Notes under the pieces: model-generated
Seen by the model: only the letters and a program-made list of their open reading frames with translations
Told to the model about the DNA's origin: nothing
Database searches by the model: none
Translations under genes and position numbers: made by a program
From: Camelus dromedarius
Taxonomy: Eukaryota
NCBI RefSeq assembly: GCF_036321535.1
Contig: NC_087437.1
Coordinates: 78,990,001-79,054,000 of the forward strand
Reading direction: 5' to 3'
DNA length: 64,000 nt
Shown: positions 25,727 through 38,900 of the stretch, one piece after another
Numbering within the stretch: position 1 is the first letter of the stretch
How the letters are laid out: each line of letters begins with the position of its first letter

Positions 25727-26720
25727 AACAGTAACCCAAAAAAACCCACACCAAGACAGATTGTAATTAAAATATCAAAAGTTAAAGACAAGGAGATAAT
25801 ATTAAAAGCAGTAAGAGAAAAAAGATTTATTTTGTACAAGGGAACCTCCAGAAGATTTTTCAGCAAAAACTTTGTAAACCAAAAGGGAGTGGCACAAATA
25901 TAGTCAATTGCTAAATAAAAGTAAAAACAAAACAAAAAACTCATTCTAACCAAAAACATTCTACCCCACAAAGTTATCATTCAGAAGTGAGAGAGGAAAA
26001 GCATTTTTCAGACAAGCAAAAGCTAAAGAAGTTCATCATGACTGAACCAACCTTAAGAGAAATGTTAAAGGGGTGTTAAGCAGATAAGAAAAGGTGCTGA
26101 CAGTATCAAGAACACATATAAAAGAATAATTATCTCTGAGGTAAATATGTAGTCAAGGTGGTAGATTAATCATTTATAAAGCTAGTAGTAGTAAAAATAA
26201 CTATGATTATAATAATTAGTTAAGGGATACACAAGATTAAAAGATGTAAATTGGATTAAAAGATGTAAATTGTGACACCAAAAATATAAAACATGGGCAA
26301 GGGAGAGTAATAATGTTGAGCTTTATAAATGGGATCAAACTTAACCAAAATTTATGGCTTGAAGCAAAAGCTGTTCTAAGAGGGAAGTTCATAGCAATAA
26401 GTACCTATTACAAGAAACAAGAAGTCTCAAATAAACAACCTAACATTACATCTCAAGAAAGTAGTAAAAGAAGATAAACAGAGCCCAAAGTCAGTTAAAA
26501 GGAAGGAACTTACAAAGATTAGTACAGAAATAAATGAAATAGAGACTAAAAAGACAATAGAAAAAGATAAATGAAACTAAGAGCTGATTGTTTGAAAAGA
26601 TGAAAAAAAAAAAGTTAACAAACCTTTAGCTAGGTATACCAAGAAAAAAAGAGAGAACACATATAAATAAAATCAGAAATAAAAAGATGTTACAGCTGAT
26701 ACCACAGAAATACAAAGGAT
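25727..26720 (+). mobile_element. Continuation of host L1: ORF1 3' part, inter-ORF region and ORF2 fragment
   Basis: 'aaacccacaccaagacagattgtaattaaaatatcaaaagttaaagacaaggag' (ORF1); 'gcaaaagctgttctaagagggaagttcatagcaata...gataccacagaaatacaaagga' (ORF2). Confidence 0.85.
26235..26272. repeat. Perfect 19-bp tandem duplication
   Basis: gattaaaagatgtaaattg occurs twice (26235-26253, 26254-26272). Confidence 0.9.
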
Positions 26721-26992
26721 TGATTATAAGTAGTGCTGTTGTGAACATTGATACAAATGAATTTATTTATTAAACAAATAGACTCACAGACATAGAAAAC
26801 AAGTTTACAGTTACCAAAGGGAAAAGGGGGAAGAGGGATAAATTAGGAGTTTGGGATTAACATATACACACCACTGTATATAAAATAGATAACCAACAAG
26901 GTCCTATATGTATAACACAGGGAACTGTATTCAATATCTTACAATAATATATAATGGAAAAGAATCTGAAAAATATATTTATATGCATATAA

Positions 26993-27032
<40 letters not shown>

Positions 27033-27115
27033 CTGAATCACTTTGCTGTACACCTGAAGCTGATGCAATATTATAAATCAACTATATTTCAATAAAAATA
27101 ATAAAAACTTAAAAC
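26721..27115 (+). mobile_element. Younger cetartiodactyl-type L1 3' end with a short inverted 5' segment
   Basis: 'agactcacagacatagaaaacaag...ggataaattaggagtttgggattaacatatacac...aactgaatcactttgctgtacacctgaa...caataaaa'. Segment 26721-26750 is antisense L1 ORF2 3' sequence. Confidence 0.85.
26998..27028. repeat. (TG)15 microsatellite within the L1 3'UTR
   Basis: Directly visible. Confidence 0.95.
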
Positions 27116-27129
27116 TTTTAAATAGAAAA

Positions 27130-27230
27130 AAATATAAAATAGAACTATCTGCCAGTCCCACTTCTGGATATATATCCAAAAGAAATGACAGCAGGATATC
27201 AGAAATACATCTGCACTCCCTTGTTTATTT
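27130..27230 (+). mobile_element. L1 ORF2 3' fragment
   Basis: 'aaaatagaacta...cccacttctggatatatatccaaaagaaatga...atctgcactcccttgtttatt'. Confidence 0.7.
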
Positions 27231-29532
27231 TTGATATATGCAGTTGTGAAGATTTTCCAAATCTAACTATGTGAAGAACATCCTAAATCTCTTAAATAAG
27301 TAAAAATCACCTAATGAACAAATTCGCACTGAGAAAACTGGCAGAAACTAGTTTAAGAATATCCAAATGGGCCAGTCGTCCCAACACATCAGCAGACTTT
27401 GGCCATTACTAATTGTTTCAATGGTATTCAGCTGAGGAATTTCTCTCTCAGAGGTGTCCAATCTATGAAAGTCAAAACAAAAACATCTAGGTAGATCAAA
27501 GCTATTACTGCTCCTTGAGTCTCTCAGGCTTTCTGCTGTATCACAGAAGATTAAATTGCTAAAAAGGATTTATTTTTACAAAAATGGTGCAGTTTTGCTT
27601 CTTTCTAATTTTCCTGTCATAGAAACTTATGTGGGACTTTTTGTCTTTTCTTTTTTTGTAAAAAAACTATGTAATTTATGAGTAACTATTAATATGATTT
27701 TCGAAGTGTAGATATCCATACTCATTTCTAGTGATGATCTCAGAATAGAGATAGAAATAAAAATGAGTTGTACACATTCCTCAAATATGATGCTTTAATG
27801 CAATATCAAATATAAACACTAGAGCATAATAGTCAAATTGGTACTTATCCGCCCCTGCAGGGGACAAAATCCCCTAGCAGATAAGCAGAGGAATTTAGTC
27901 TTAACAGGGGGTGGGCATAAACTGTACATATCTTAATATGTTTTTGGAGGCATGTAATATTTTGATAATATTACATTTAGGAAAATTAAATTGCTGGACA
28001 CTTTTGATCACATCCTCACTTCTAATTTAGATATTTTAAAAATATGTATATAAATGAGGAGCTTGGTTTATCCACAGAATTGTTTTTGAAGCTAGTAAAA
28101 TGTATCTTAACTAATTAATTCATCATAATTTGTAACTTATTTTTTAACAGTAAATAATGAAATCTTTAAATAGATGAAACTACATAAGAGTTTCATTATA
28201 TTTCCTGTCTATATTTCCTATTACTTTTCCTATCTGCACTTTATCAAAACCTTTATTATTTAGGACTTACCAATTTTCCATCTGGTACCCAATGAATTTA
28301 ATGATATGACACATACATATGTATATATTAAATAGTTGTAAGCCTAATTTTACTTTATTACTATTTTCATATTCTTTAGAATATGAGCTTAAAGATATGT
28401 AATAAAATTAAGGTGAAATACTTCTCATATATTTTCCTGTTTTCACATCTTTCATTGTTGTGACTTTTCATTATTTTTCTTCTTTTATAGTTGATGCTTT
28501 TGATAAGCAGCTTTCATTTATTGACTAGTGAACTTTCTCATTAACCAAAAAAGTGTTCTCTTGACTGTGTTACTCTCCTAAAGTAATATGCTAGAGATAT
28601 TTCAGAGTTGTCTGTCTTTATTACTTACCAAAATCAAAATAATTCCTGACTCCCACAGTAGGACATGTATTAATTCTCTGTCCAAATCCTAAATGTTAGC
28701 AGGCATTTTAATTTCAAATCACCTAAAAATTGTCTTAAATTCTTGTTATGAAGGCAATATCAATAGTACCGTGAAACATAGATTAGGAAAGTTTTTAAAA
28801 GTTTGAGTGGAGAGCAGAGAATTGTTCTTCAATCTGAGGAAGCATTTAAAATAAGGATCAGTTTAAAGACAAACAAAAACAAGGAAGTGCTCAAATACAC
28901 TGGAAAGCTTAACAGAATAGGAGTAATAGAAAAGAATATTTAATTCAACTTATCCAACTATTTTAGCTGTACCCATTAGAGGAGATCTTAAGAGGATTTT
29001 AAAACTTACTATTTTCAAGTCAGTTAATTATCCCTGCTTGATATTGGTTTAATAATGGATATACAACACAACACAACCTTATTTTAGTCATTTGTGCAGT
29101 AGAACCAATAACAGAGAATTCCAAGTTACTTCCTCTGATCCCTACTGATGAGCTGGGTATTTTAAATGACTGTACAAAGTCTACCATAATCATATTCAAT
29201 TTGGGAGTTTGTCTCTTCCATTTCTTAAATTCCATTTTATGTTCTATTCAGTTCATGTTTAAAACTTCCACATCTCAGAAGCACATTTTTCAATTATCTT
29301 ATATGTGCCTGAAATGATCCTAAATGTAAATATATAATAATAGCCCTTCTATAAGAAAATAGATTGCAAGATTTTTAACATCTCCAGTAACACATCTAGT
29401 TCACAGAAGAGAGTTAAAACTTGCCACCAAATACAGGGAAATATTTAGTATTATATGCATAATATTTTGCAAAGATAATTAAGTGCCTGTGATTTTTAAT
29501 GAAGCTCAAAAGGCCCTTAAGAGTTAGGTTCC

Positions 29533-29760
29533 AATAGTGTTTCTCAGTGGAGGTACACTTAGCATTTTGGTCAGCACAAGTTTTTGTTTTGTCAGTCCAT
29601 ACTCTTTATGGAAGGGTGTTCAACGTTTCCTGTTTCAGAAAACAAATGTCAGTAGCATCCCCCAGTCAAAAGAGAACTGTAAATTGCCCTTGCATGTATT
29701 TGAATGTATGTTGAAGGCGAGGGAGGAATGGAGTTGTGACTCTTGATTGAAAAACTCTAG
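29533..29760. mobile_element. hAT-Charlie MITE, MER20/MER112-like
   Basis: Termini 'agtgtttctcagt' and 'gattgaaaaactct'; internal 'aaatgtcagtagcatccccc'. Confidence 0.55.
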
Positions 29761-30649
29761 AGATAGAGGGGTCCACTTATTTTCTACTTCTCAAAATTTC
29801 AAAGACAAATACTTCTCTCTCCATCCCTCATCTCACTCATTTCCTCCTAGTGAAGAAGTGTTTGGAGAAGGTACTGATTGTGTGCTACTCAGTCTCTTCT
29901 GATTTCTTTCTTTTGGAGTATCTTGTCCTCACCATGCTAACTACCCCAGTGCTCTGAGTGGTGACCCTACAGAGGTAGGCTGGGGGCCAGCAAAAGCTCT
30001 GCAGTTGCTATATCCATCTGAGACTGGGAGAACAAGGTTAACTGAGGACTGTCACCAGGATAAATGTTATTTTAATCTTCATTTCTCTGGTTGTTATTCT
30101 TCATTTGGTATCAAATTTGGAAGGACAAGAGAAGTGAATAATGAGGCCCCTCACATCACAGCAAGGCTGAATATAAGCCGGTCAGAGACTCTGTTCTCTT
30201 GGAACACCAGGTGTTCATGCCCTAGGAGAGTATGAGCTTATGCCGACTCTTTAGCTGTGCTGCAGGCACATAGGACACAGACACCAACCTTATCCCAGGA
30301 CCCACAGATTTCATGGTCCTTTCCAATCTCTATGTGTCTCTTCTTTGGCTCTTAAATTCCCAAAGGCATTTATCATTTCTTGGTAACAAATGGCTGGAAA
30401 TGTTAATTCTAAAAACAAATGAAGTTATTTTCTGGTAACAGTCAGTTCCTAATTATGTGAAGTGGATGTAGGTTATCTATAGTAAGAAATAATATTACTA
30501 ACATATCTGAGGACAATGTAAAGTTTATAAGAAATCAAGAAAAACTTACAAGTTGCCTATGCTTTGCTACAGTTGTAGTCTAGTTTATGCTTTCCTCTCA
30601 TTGTGTTCTTGAGTTTGTTTACACATGGTTCTCATAATTTGGTCATCTG

Positions 30650-31230
30650 GCTTCATGCTCTTTGTTCAAGCTTTTATCATCTCCAGTATGAGCAGTCTGC
30701 ATTCAGACTCCCCCCACTCCATTCCACCATGTGTACTTCCCTTGAGTTATTGTCTAAAGCATAAAGCTAATAATGTCACTCCATGTTTAGAAAGTGTTCA
30801 TAACTACTCATCATCCAAAATAATGTTGTACCTCTTTAGTTTCTTTATGACCTGACCCATTATCATCTGTGGAACATATTCTTTGCTTTTTTCACAACTA
30901 CTATCTTTAGTTCTGCAATTTAGAATTTATATAGTCATTGGATGCCTCCCTGTTTTGCCCCATTGCACATACTATTTGGTATACATGGACAATCTGTGCT
31001 TTCTGAACTGCCTGGGAGGATATTAATCATAATACTGCTTAAACATTCTTTCTCTATGAAGCATTTCCTGGCCTTCCTAAAGTAATCTTGAACGCCCCAA
31101 TGCTCTACTTCTACTACTCCTTGTTGTAGGTTCTATGCCACATTTTAATTGCATACATGAACTATGAAATTTCTGAAGTCATATCCTTTAAATCATTTTT
31201 TATGTCACAAAATTGCTAAGAGAAGGATCA
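30650..31230 (+). mobile_element. L2 LINE fragments
   Basis: 'aagcataaagctaataatgtcactccatgtttagaaa', 'ttctctatgaagcatttcctggcc' resemble the L2 3' region. Confidence 0.5.
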
Positions 31231-32485
31231 AAAGACAGAGGAAGAAGATAAAACCAAGAAATTCTGCATAATCAGAATAATAAATGAGCATCTTCTTGTA
31301 GAGAGTAAATTGGGATTTTTTGAGGAAAGAAGCGTCATCTCGTGTGCTTCACATTTTCCCATTTATTCACTTCATTCCACTTCATTCATTCATTCATTCA
31401 TTCAGTACACTGTTCCAGTCACAGAAGAAGAAATGTTGACAGAAATAGAAGTATGTTAGTATTCTTTGTAGAGAGAATTATTGTTATGCATAGAATGATT
31501 TAACTGTGATCATGACCAGGACTTATAATTGAACAGTATTGAATTTATTTCTTGTGTTGTATTTTAGAAATGATTTAGGAATACATCCCAAAAACAATAT
31601 AAAGCAGCTCTTGAGATCGTGGCAAAGATTCATTGAACATTCAAGGACCACAGAATTTTAAAAGTTATTAGTACATTCTGAGAATGAGGGATGTAAAAAT
31701 TAGGGTAAAGCACAGTTTATGATTACAAAATTACTTTGCAGTCTAGGTAAACTGGTAAAGAAAAAATTTTTAAGCTTAAAAAGAGATCAAAATGAATGAA
31801 GTAGGTATATGGAGTGCTTTGTGGCCCTATGCTTGTCTTTACAAGCTCTTGCATAATCAAGCTTCTGTTTCAGAAAGACAGATGTACCGGTAATGGGAAG
31901 AATAGGGATCAGAAACACAAGGCTGAAGAACTGGAGGCTCATGTCAATGCTTGAACGTAACCAAAGTTTTCTTGATCTGTATGGGAATAAATGTCGAGCC
32001 AAGCTTTGAAGTCCTGTTTATGCATCAGAAAATTTTGAAACCCATGTGGTATTTTCATCTCTTCTTTGATTGATATTTTTTGAAAGGAAAAAGCATGAAT
32101 AGTGTAGTAGATGATATTACAAGTAAGACTGGATTCCATAGATTCTGATATCAAAAAAGCAGGCTCCTAGGAAAATATGGATTGTGTATAATGGTGATTG
32201 GAAACATATATCTGAGGAGAAAAGTGAAACATACCCAGACCAAAAAATACTTTAATGTACGCCATGGAAGAAATACAATAATTTCTAGTAGTAAAAAAAC
32301 AAAGAAGTGGCGCCAGGAATATTACTTGTGAGTAATAAAAAGGAGTGCAAATTTTAAAATGAGGTAAATAGAATTTTATAGGTGTCACTCAAATCTAGGG
32401 TAATGGTATTTTTGACTAGAAAAGAAAAGAAAAATTCAAAGAAACGAATCTATTTTTGAGTCACATGCTTGAACGTGACATGTTT

Positions 32486-32554
32486 AAGCATATAGATGTG
32501 ATTTCACAAAAGTTTCTGTGGAAAGCATATAGACGTGATTTCACAAAAGTTTCT
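32486..32554. repeat. 32-bp near-tandem duplication, period 37
   Basis: aagcatatagaYgtgatttcacaaaagtttct at 32486-32517 and 32523-32554; the single difference is CpG to TpG. Confidence 0.9.
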
Positions 32555-33639
32555 CTCTTTTTTTTTAATGTTAGTAATAGAAGCAAAGACTTATTTGACT
32601 TGTGGTTCAAATTGTGATTTGATTAATCTGATATTTTGCCACAATCCAAGATTAAATAGTGACTCTATTCTGCTGATGGTAATGTGTTAATTATACCATA
32701 CTTTGAAAATATGCTAGAAGCCAGTTATATTGGTAAGAAATATATTATGAATCTCAAAAAAATCAGTTTTACTTTTGTACTACAGTTTGCAAGGTGGTGA
32801 GTAAGAATAAGATGTCATTTGAAAATTTGGACACAAAGAAAATAAATGTATGGGTTTAATAAAAACAAAAATTATTCAGGAAAAGGATATGTACAAATAG
32901 TTTGAAATCTATGAAAAAGAAAATATATTCATAGGATTATTTAAAATAAAAATGTAAATTAGTAGTTATAATATAACTTGGAAATCTTTATATATCTCTA
33001 CTGGTCTATTACACTATATAAAGGAATGTCCTAATATATTTATGAAGATTTTGAAAAAGTCATCTGTAGGAATATACATTGTGTACATACATATATGCTA
33101 AAGAGTAAACCTTGTTTAATTGAATATCTCCTTTCTTATTGGAAAAGCCACTTATTTTATCTTTTTTTTTTTAACTCTCTGCCTCTTTAGATATAATTTA
33201 AATAATGTATCATAAGCAGTCTTTCTCAGAGTTTATGAATGTAAGCCCTGGTGTGTGACTACTTTGAAAATTATCCCAGGTTTTATTTTTCTCTCCTGAT
33301 ATTTTAAGACAACTTCAATAAAGACTTAAATTAAAAAATCTAAAAGAAAACAGAAAAGAAAATTAGTAACATTAACTATGTATACCTAAGGAGATTGAAA
33401 AAACTCATAGACAAGAGAAAATTAAAATGAAATCAAAGAGAAATGACAAGAAACATAAATGCATTATAGATCCTCAAATGAAGAGTGAGTTGAGGGATAT
33501 ATGAGTAAAATAAGATAAGGAAACTAGAGAAAACTTTTAAAAATATATAAAAAGCAAAAAGTGTAATATGAAGAAATGAAAAGCAAATGCATATGGAGAG
33601 GAAAGAACATAAAACAGAACATTTGATAATGCTTTTTCC

Positions 33640-35640
33640 TAATTTTCCTGACTTTCTGCTTATTTTCCTTCAGTACAATCCTATTAACTTTTCCTTCACT
33701 GGAAGAAACCATTACCATCAACTGGAGTTATCTATTTAATCTATGTCTGATACATTTTTCTTATGGAGAAGTATATGTACATTTTAAAAAATATTATCAG
33801 TTTAAAACTTTACGTAAATAATAACAAATTAAATGCATTGTCCTTCAATGTCTTTTTTTCACTCAACATTGAAATTCAAAGTATATCTTCTCTGATACAT
33901 AAAAATGCAATCTTTTAAATATAGTACAATCATTTTAACTGTCATATAAGTATTTAATCATATCAATATTTATATTTAGTTTTATATTCTAAGATTGTTT
34001 CTGACATTAACACATATACATACATGTTTCCTGTGTGCATATAAAAATGTCTTCCTAGAAGTAGAATGGCTGATTGCAAGGTCCAGTTTATGCTAGTATT
34101 TCTAGAGAATTGCTATGAGAAATTTCATTTTTGCCTCTCTGGTTGGATGTGCAATAATAACTTTTTGTTTTAATCTGCATTATTTTTACTATTAGTCAAG
34201 TAAAACATATTTTCATATATGTATTGGCCCCAAATAGATCCTCTTCAATGAAATACTTGTTTGCTCTCTTGTTTTTCTTGACTTCTAGAGGCTATCTCCA
34301 TATTCTGAATCTTACTACCGTTTTCTCTGTTTTTATGAATACAAGTATCTTCTGCTTTACTATTTGTCTTTTGATTGTGTTTATACAACTTTTAAAATTT
34401 TTGGTCTTAAGTATGTTTCATAATTTGGCATGTAGGCAGACTCATCAATGATTTTTCAACATGCTAAGAAATCATTTTATCATATTCTGAGAATATTCTA
34501 CTATATAATCACATAACATTAAAATTTATTTTTAATATATTTGATATTTAATACAAATGTATATTACATATGTGTGTGTTGTGAGGTGACTTAACTGGCT
34601 CAGGGTCATACTGAATAATATCTCTGATAATATATCTTTGAATAATTTCTTTTTCCTAATGTTTTTACTGCTGCTTTTATCATATATCAATTTCCTGGAA
34701 ATGTTTATTTCTATTTCTAGACATTCAGTTCTGTTCCATTCCATTTATCTATATGTCTAATTCTGTACCAGTGACCATGATATTTTAATTCATATAGTTT
34801 TATAAACACTGTAACATATGGTAGGGATAGTTTGCCTGCCTTTCTCTTCCTTTTTGGTTTTTTTTTTTTTTTGAAGAACTCTTCTTCTGCACTCTCATAG
34901 TAATTTAGAATAATTTCTTGATTTCTGTGGAAAAATATTGATGACTTTAAATTACAATGATTTTACAATAGTTGTAACAATCTATTACATTTCTAGTATT
35001 ATACTTTCTTATCTGCATGGATCTAGTACTCTCTCAACATTTAGGTTATCTTTTATATGTATAGACAATATTTTTTAGTATTTGTCAGATTCCTGCACAT
35101 TTTTTCAGTTTATTCCAAGAAATTCTAGAAGGTTTGGTTTCTATTATAAATGGTATCCTTTAAAAAATCACATTTTCCATGGATTATTTAAATGAATGAT
35201 ACTAATTTTTGTGTACTGAACTTCTATTCAACAATCTCACTTAACATTTTAATATCACAGATAGATTCTGTTAGATTTCTTGAGAGGGCAGTATGTGAGA
35301 CAATTTGTCTCCTTAGCAAATTATATCCTTTATGAATAAGACAACTTTGATTTTTCTTCTCAATATATATGTCTATTTTTCCTTTTGTTGACACCTTGCA
35401 TTGTCCGTAGCATCCAATTGTTAAACAATAGTGATGTGAGGGGTTTTTTGGTTTGTTTCTGATATTATTGAAAATATCTTTAAAGCTTCACTTTAAGTGA
35501 TACATTTGCAAGAGTTTTTAGCAGGTAATTTATGAGGTTAAGAAATTTCTCTTCTAGTTTTATTTTGCCAAAGGACTTGCTTTTTAAATCATGAATAAAC
35601 GTTGATTGTTTTAGAATTGTTCTTTTACAAATATTAAGAT
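33640..35640 (-). mobile_element. Old, highly diverged antisense L1 (L1ME/L1M5-like)
   Basis: T-rich; 'ttttttcactcaacatt', 'cagttctgttccatt...tctgtaccagtgaccatgatattttaatt', 'gaggttaagaaatttctcttctagttt'. Confidence 0.7.
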
Positions 35641-35654
35641 AAGCATTGGAATTT

Positions 35655-36123
35655 TTGTCCCTCAGTCTGTGTCTCTGATAGACAATATTTCTACATCTTT
35701 TTATATATAAAAATACATTTGTTGTGAGGGATTGGCCCATGTGATTATGAAGACTGAGATGTCCAACATATGTTGTTTGCAAGCTTGAGACCCAGGAAAT
35801 CTGGTGTATACCAATCCAAGTCCAAAGGCCTGAAAACCAATGGATCTCATGGTATAAGAGAAGGATAAGATCAATGTTCCAGCTCAAGCAGGAAAGCAGG
35901 AAGCAAAATGAGTGAATTTTTCTTCCTCTACTTCTTTGTTCTATTTAGGCCCTTAATAGATTGGATGATACCCACCACATTGGGAAAAGCAATCTACTTT
36001 ATTGAGTCCACTGATTCAAATGCTGACTCATCTGGAAACACTTTTACCCACACACACCCAGAAATAAGGTTTAATCTATGTATCCCTCAGCCCAGTCAAG
36101 CTGACACATAAAACAACCATCAT
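35655..36123 (-). mobile_element. ERVL solo LTR, MLT2B-like
   Basis: Ends 'cccagtcaagctgacacataaaacaaccatca', the reverse complement of the MLT2 5' end; internal 'agtccaaaggcctgaaaacca', 'ctactttattgagtccactgattcaaatgct'. Confidence 0.85.
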
Positions 36124-37508
36124 GCTTACATAAAAGAAAAAATAAACAGTCAATATTTTCATTTTACGTGGTTCAATCTAATAAATGTGAATGCTTCAGA
36201 TTTTGTAGTTCAACATCCTATTTAGAAAACAAAGTACACCAATACTATAATTTAGAGAGTACTTTGGCTAAAATGTATTGCTTTATTTATATTTTTTCCA
36301 TCATCATAGTATACATGAATACGGGTGTATGAGTTTATGGAGTTTGTGTGTTTGGATCAAAGACTTGCTAAGAGTAAGGAAGACTGAACTAAAAACAACT
36401 AGAATGTGAAGACTTAATCTTTATTTTATTTTTTACTGGAGGAAAGACAGTGATATAGCAAATGTGGAATGTGGTGTTATTTGAAATGAAATCATTCCAA
36501 ATCCTAGGCACATGTTATTTTATTATTAAATAGTTAGCTATATGTCAGACTCATTGGAGGCACAATACACTATTGGAAGTAGGGAAAATAATTCTCTACT
36601 AAAGTAAATAAATTCATTGTCAGTCATTCTGAAAGGGTTTAATTGTTCGGCAAGAAATATAGGGCTTAGAAGATGAACTGTACATATGGAGCCATTTAAT
36701 CTTCGAAATTTCTGATGGTGTAGATGAGTTAGAACCAATCTAAAGAAGATTATTCATACGGTCTTAGATATTACCAAACTTTCCCCAAAGTGTCATTTTT
36801 ACTTATATTTGGGCTCATCTGTATTGCAAGAAATTAGCTAAGCTATGAAGAGGCTATTCTGTATTCTACAGTAGCACATGTAAAAGAAAAATTTTTAAAT
36901 GTCTTTGGGAATTATAAGAGTGGCTATTTCTAGTGACTAGTCAAATGGGCCAAACTAATTTGATTACAAAATGATAAGATCTAAAACAAATGTGACAAAA
37001 TGTTAACATTTGCTAATTCAAAGTGATAGTTAAAAGTGGTACTTGTTATATTATTGTCTGTACTTTTTTGTATGTATGAACATTTTCATTATTAAAAAGA
37101 AGTGTAAACTTGTTTTATAGTACAGTTATAAAACCTTCAATATGGTACATACCACTTTGTACTAAAATTATTTACATTGTTTCATGTCTGTGACTTCCAG
37201 CATGCAGCAGAAATCATGACTTATTCATCTTTGTATTCACATCTTTAATAAATTATGAAATTATGAATAATGATTGCATAATAAGTAAATGAGTTAATGC
37301 ATAAGAGAAGCAAATGCAAAGCAGAATGTGTATGACACGCTTGTTGGACTACAGTAGATATATAGGTGAAGTGTTTTGGTTGAGATATAGGGAAACTATC
37401 AATCAGCAGAAATAAATATAAATAATGAAGTTTCCTGATAGTTTCTTAGATCTGGGATATGGATGAATTATGTGCAAAAAAATAACTTATATGTATCAGT
37501 GATGTTTA

Positions 37509-38055
37509 TTTTTTTAATTCTATTTTATTGAGTTATAGTCAGTTTACAATGTTGTGTCAATTTCCAATGTAGAACACAATTTGTCAGTTATACAGGAACA
37601 TACATATGTTCATTGTTGCATACTTTGTGACCGTGAGCTACCACAAGATCTTGTATACATTTCCCTGTGCTATACAGTATAATCTTATTTATCTATTCTA
37701 TATATACCTGTCAGTATCTACAAATTTCTAATTCCCGGTCTGTCCCTTCCCACACCCCTCCCCTCTGGCAATCACAAGTTTGTATTCTGTGTCTGAGTCT
37801 GTTTCTTTTTTGTATCTATGTTCATTTGTCTTTTTCTTTTCTTTCTTTCTTTTTTCTTTTTTTTAGATTCCACATATGAGTGATCTCATATGGTATTTTT
37901 CTTTCTCTTTCTGGCTTATTTCACTTAGAATGACATTCTCCAGGGTTATCCATGTTGCCACAAATGGCGTTAATGTTGTCGTTTTTATGGCTGAATAGTA
38001 TTCCATTGTATAAATATACCACATCTTCTTTATCCAGTCATCTATCGATGGACAG
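37509..38055 (-). mobile_element. Young 5'-truncated camelid-type L1 with ORF2p C-terminus and TSD
   Basis: ORF 37863..38273 contains CPSIDDWIKKMWYIYTMEYYSAIK...WITLENVILSEISQKEKEKYHMRSLICGI, the L1 ORF2p C-terminus. TSD atgtatcagtgatgttta (37491-37508) versus atgtggcagtgacgttta (38056-38073). Confidence 0.92.
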
Positions 38056-38254
38056 ATGTGGCAGTGACGTTTAAGATGAAGGTGAATTATAAAGGAAATT
38101 CTTTTTTTTCCCCAAGGGATGCAATGGAAAACAATTTGAACAATCAAGATGTGGAGAGTTGAAAGTCTAGAATAGTTATATAGGCAGGAAAAAAAGGAAA
38201 GAAATATATATAAATGCTTCCCAAACATTAACTCAGAATAACACCACAACATTG

Positions 38255-38340
38255 CTACTATGATAGGCTTCATTTTAAAGAGGAAGAAACTGAAGCACAG
38301 AGAATTTAAGTAATTTGCTCAGGGTTTTGTAGTCAGGCCT
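38255..38340 (-). mobile_element. MIR fragment
   Basis: 'cattttaaagaggaagaaactgaagcacagagaatttaagtaatttgctcagg'. Confidence 0.65.
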
Positions 38341-38349
38341 CAATGTTTT

Positions 38350-38900
38350 TCTTCAAGGATTGAACAGTATATTAAACTTGGTTAAAGAGCAAATTGGTAA
38401 AGTAAAAGATCACATTATTGAAAGTTACCAGATTGCTACCCAAAGAGATAAGTTGGAAAAAAACAAATAAAATTTAAAGAACAGAGGATAGATCCATTAA
38501 CTCAGCATGTGAGTAACATAGGTTCAAAAATTAATGACAAAATAAGATGATAGAAGTATACTGTTTGAAGCAACAAAGATTGAGATTTTCCTAGAGCTGG
38601 AGAAAGCCATGGGTCATCAGGTTAAAATCTCACTAAATGCCAAGTAGGATTGAAATAAAAATTTAAAATATATCATGGTGTTTTAGAAATAGTAAAAGAA
38701 AAAACAAAAACATAAACCAAGAAAGAACTCAGATTCTTGGGGAAAAAAATAGTGAAATTGATGTTGATTTATCATCAGCAACACTGACTATCAGAGAAAG
38801 AGGAATTATCTTAACCATGGTGCTGCTTTTAAAAAGTAGCTTTGAGTTTATAATTTTCTACCTAGCCTTACTGAGAGAAAGTGGAAAATATCTGTCACAA
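38350..38900 (+). mobile_element. Old L1/HAL1 ORF1-like fragment
   Basis: 'gagattttcctagagctggagaaagccatgggtcatcagg...gccaagtagga...catcagcaacactga'. Confidence 0.5.

Noticed and set aside
37863..38273. 136-aa ORF as a host gene
   Set aside because: Chimera of flanking DNA and the C-terminus of L1 ORF2p from a truncated insertion.
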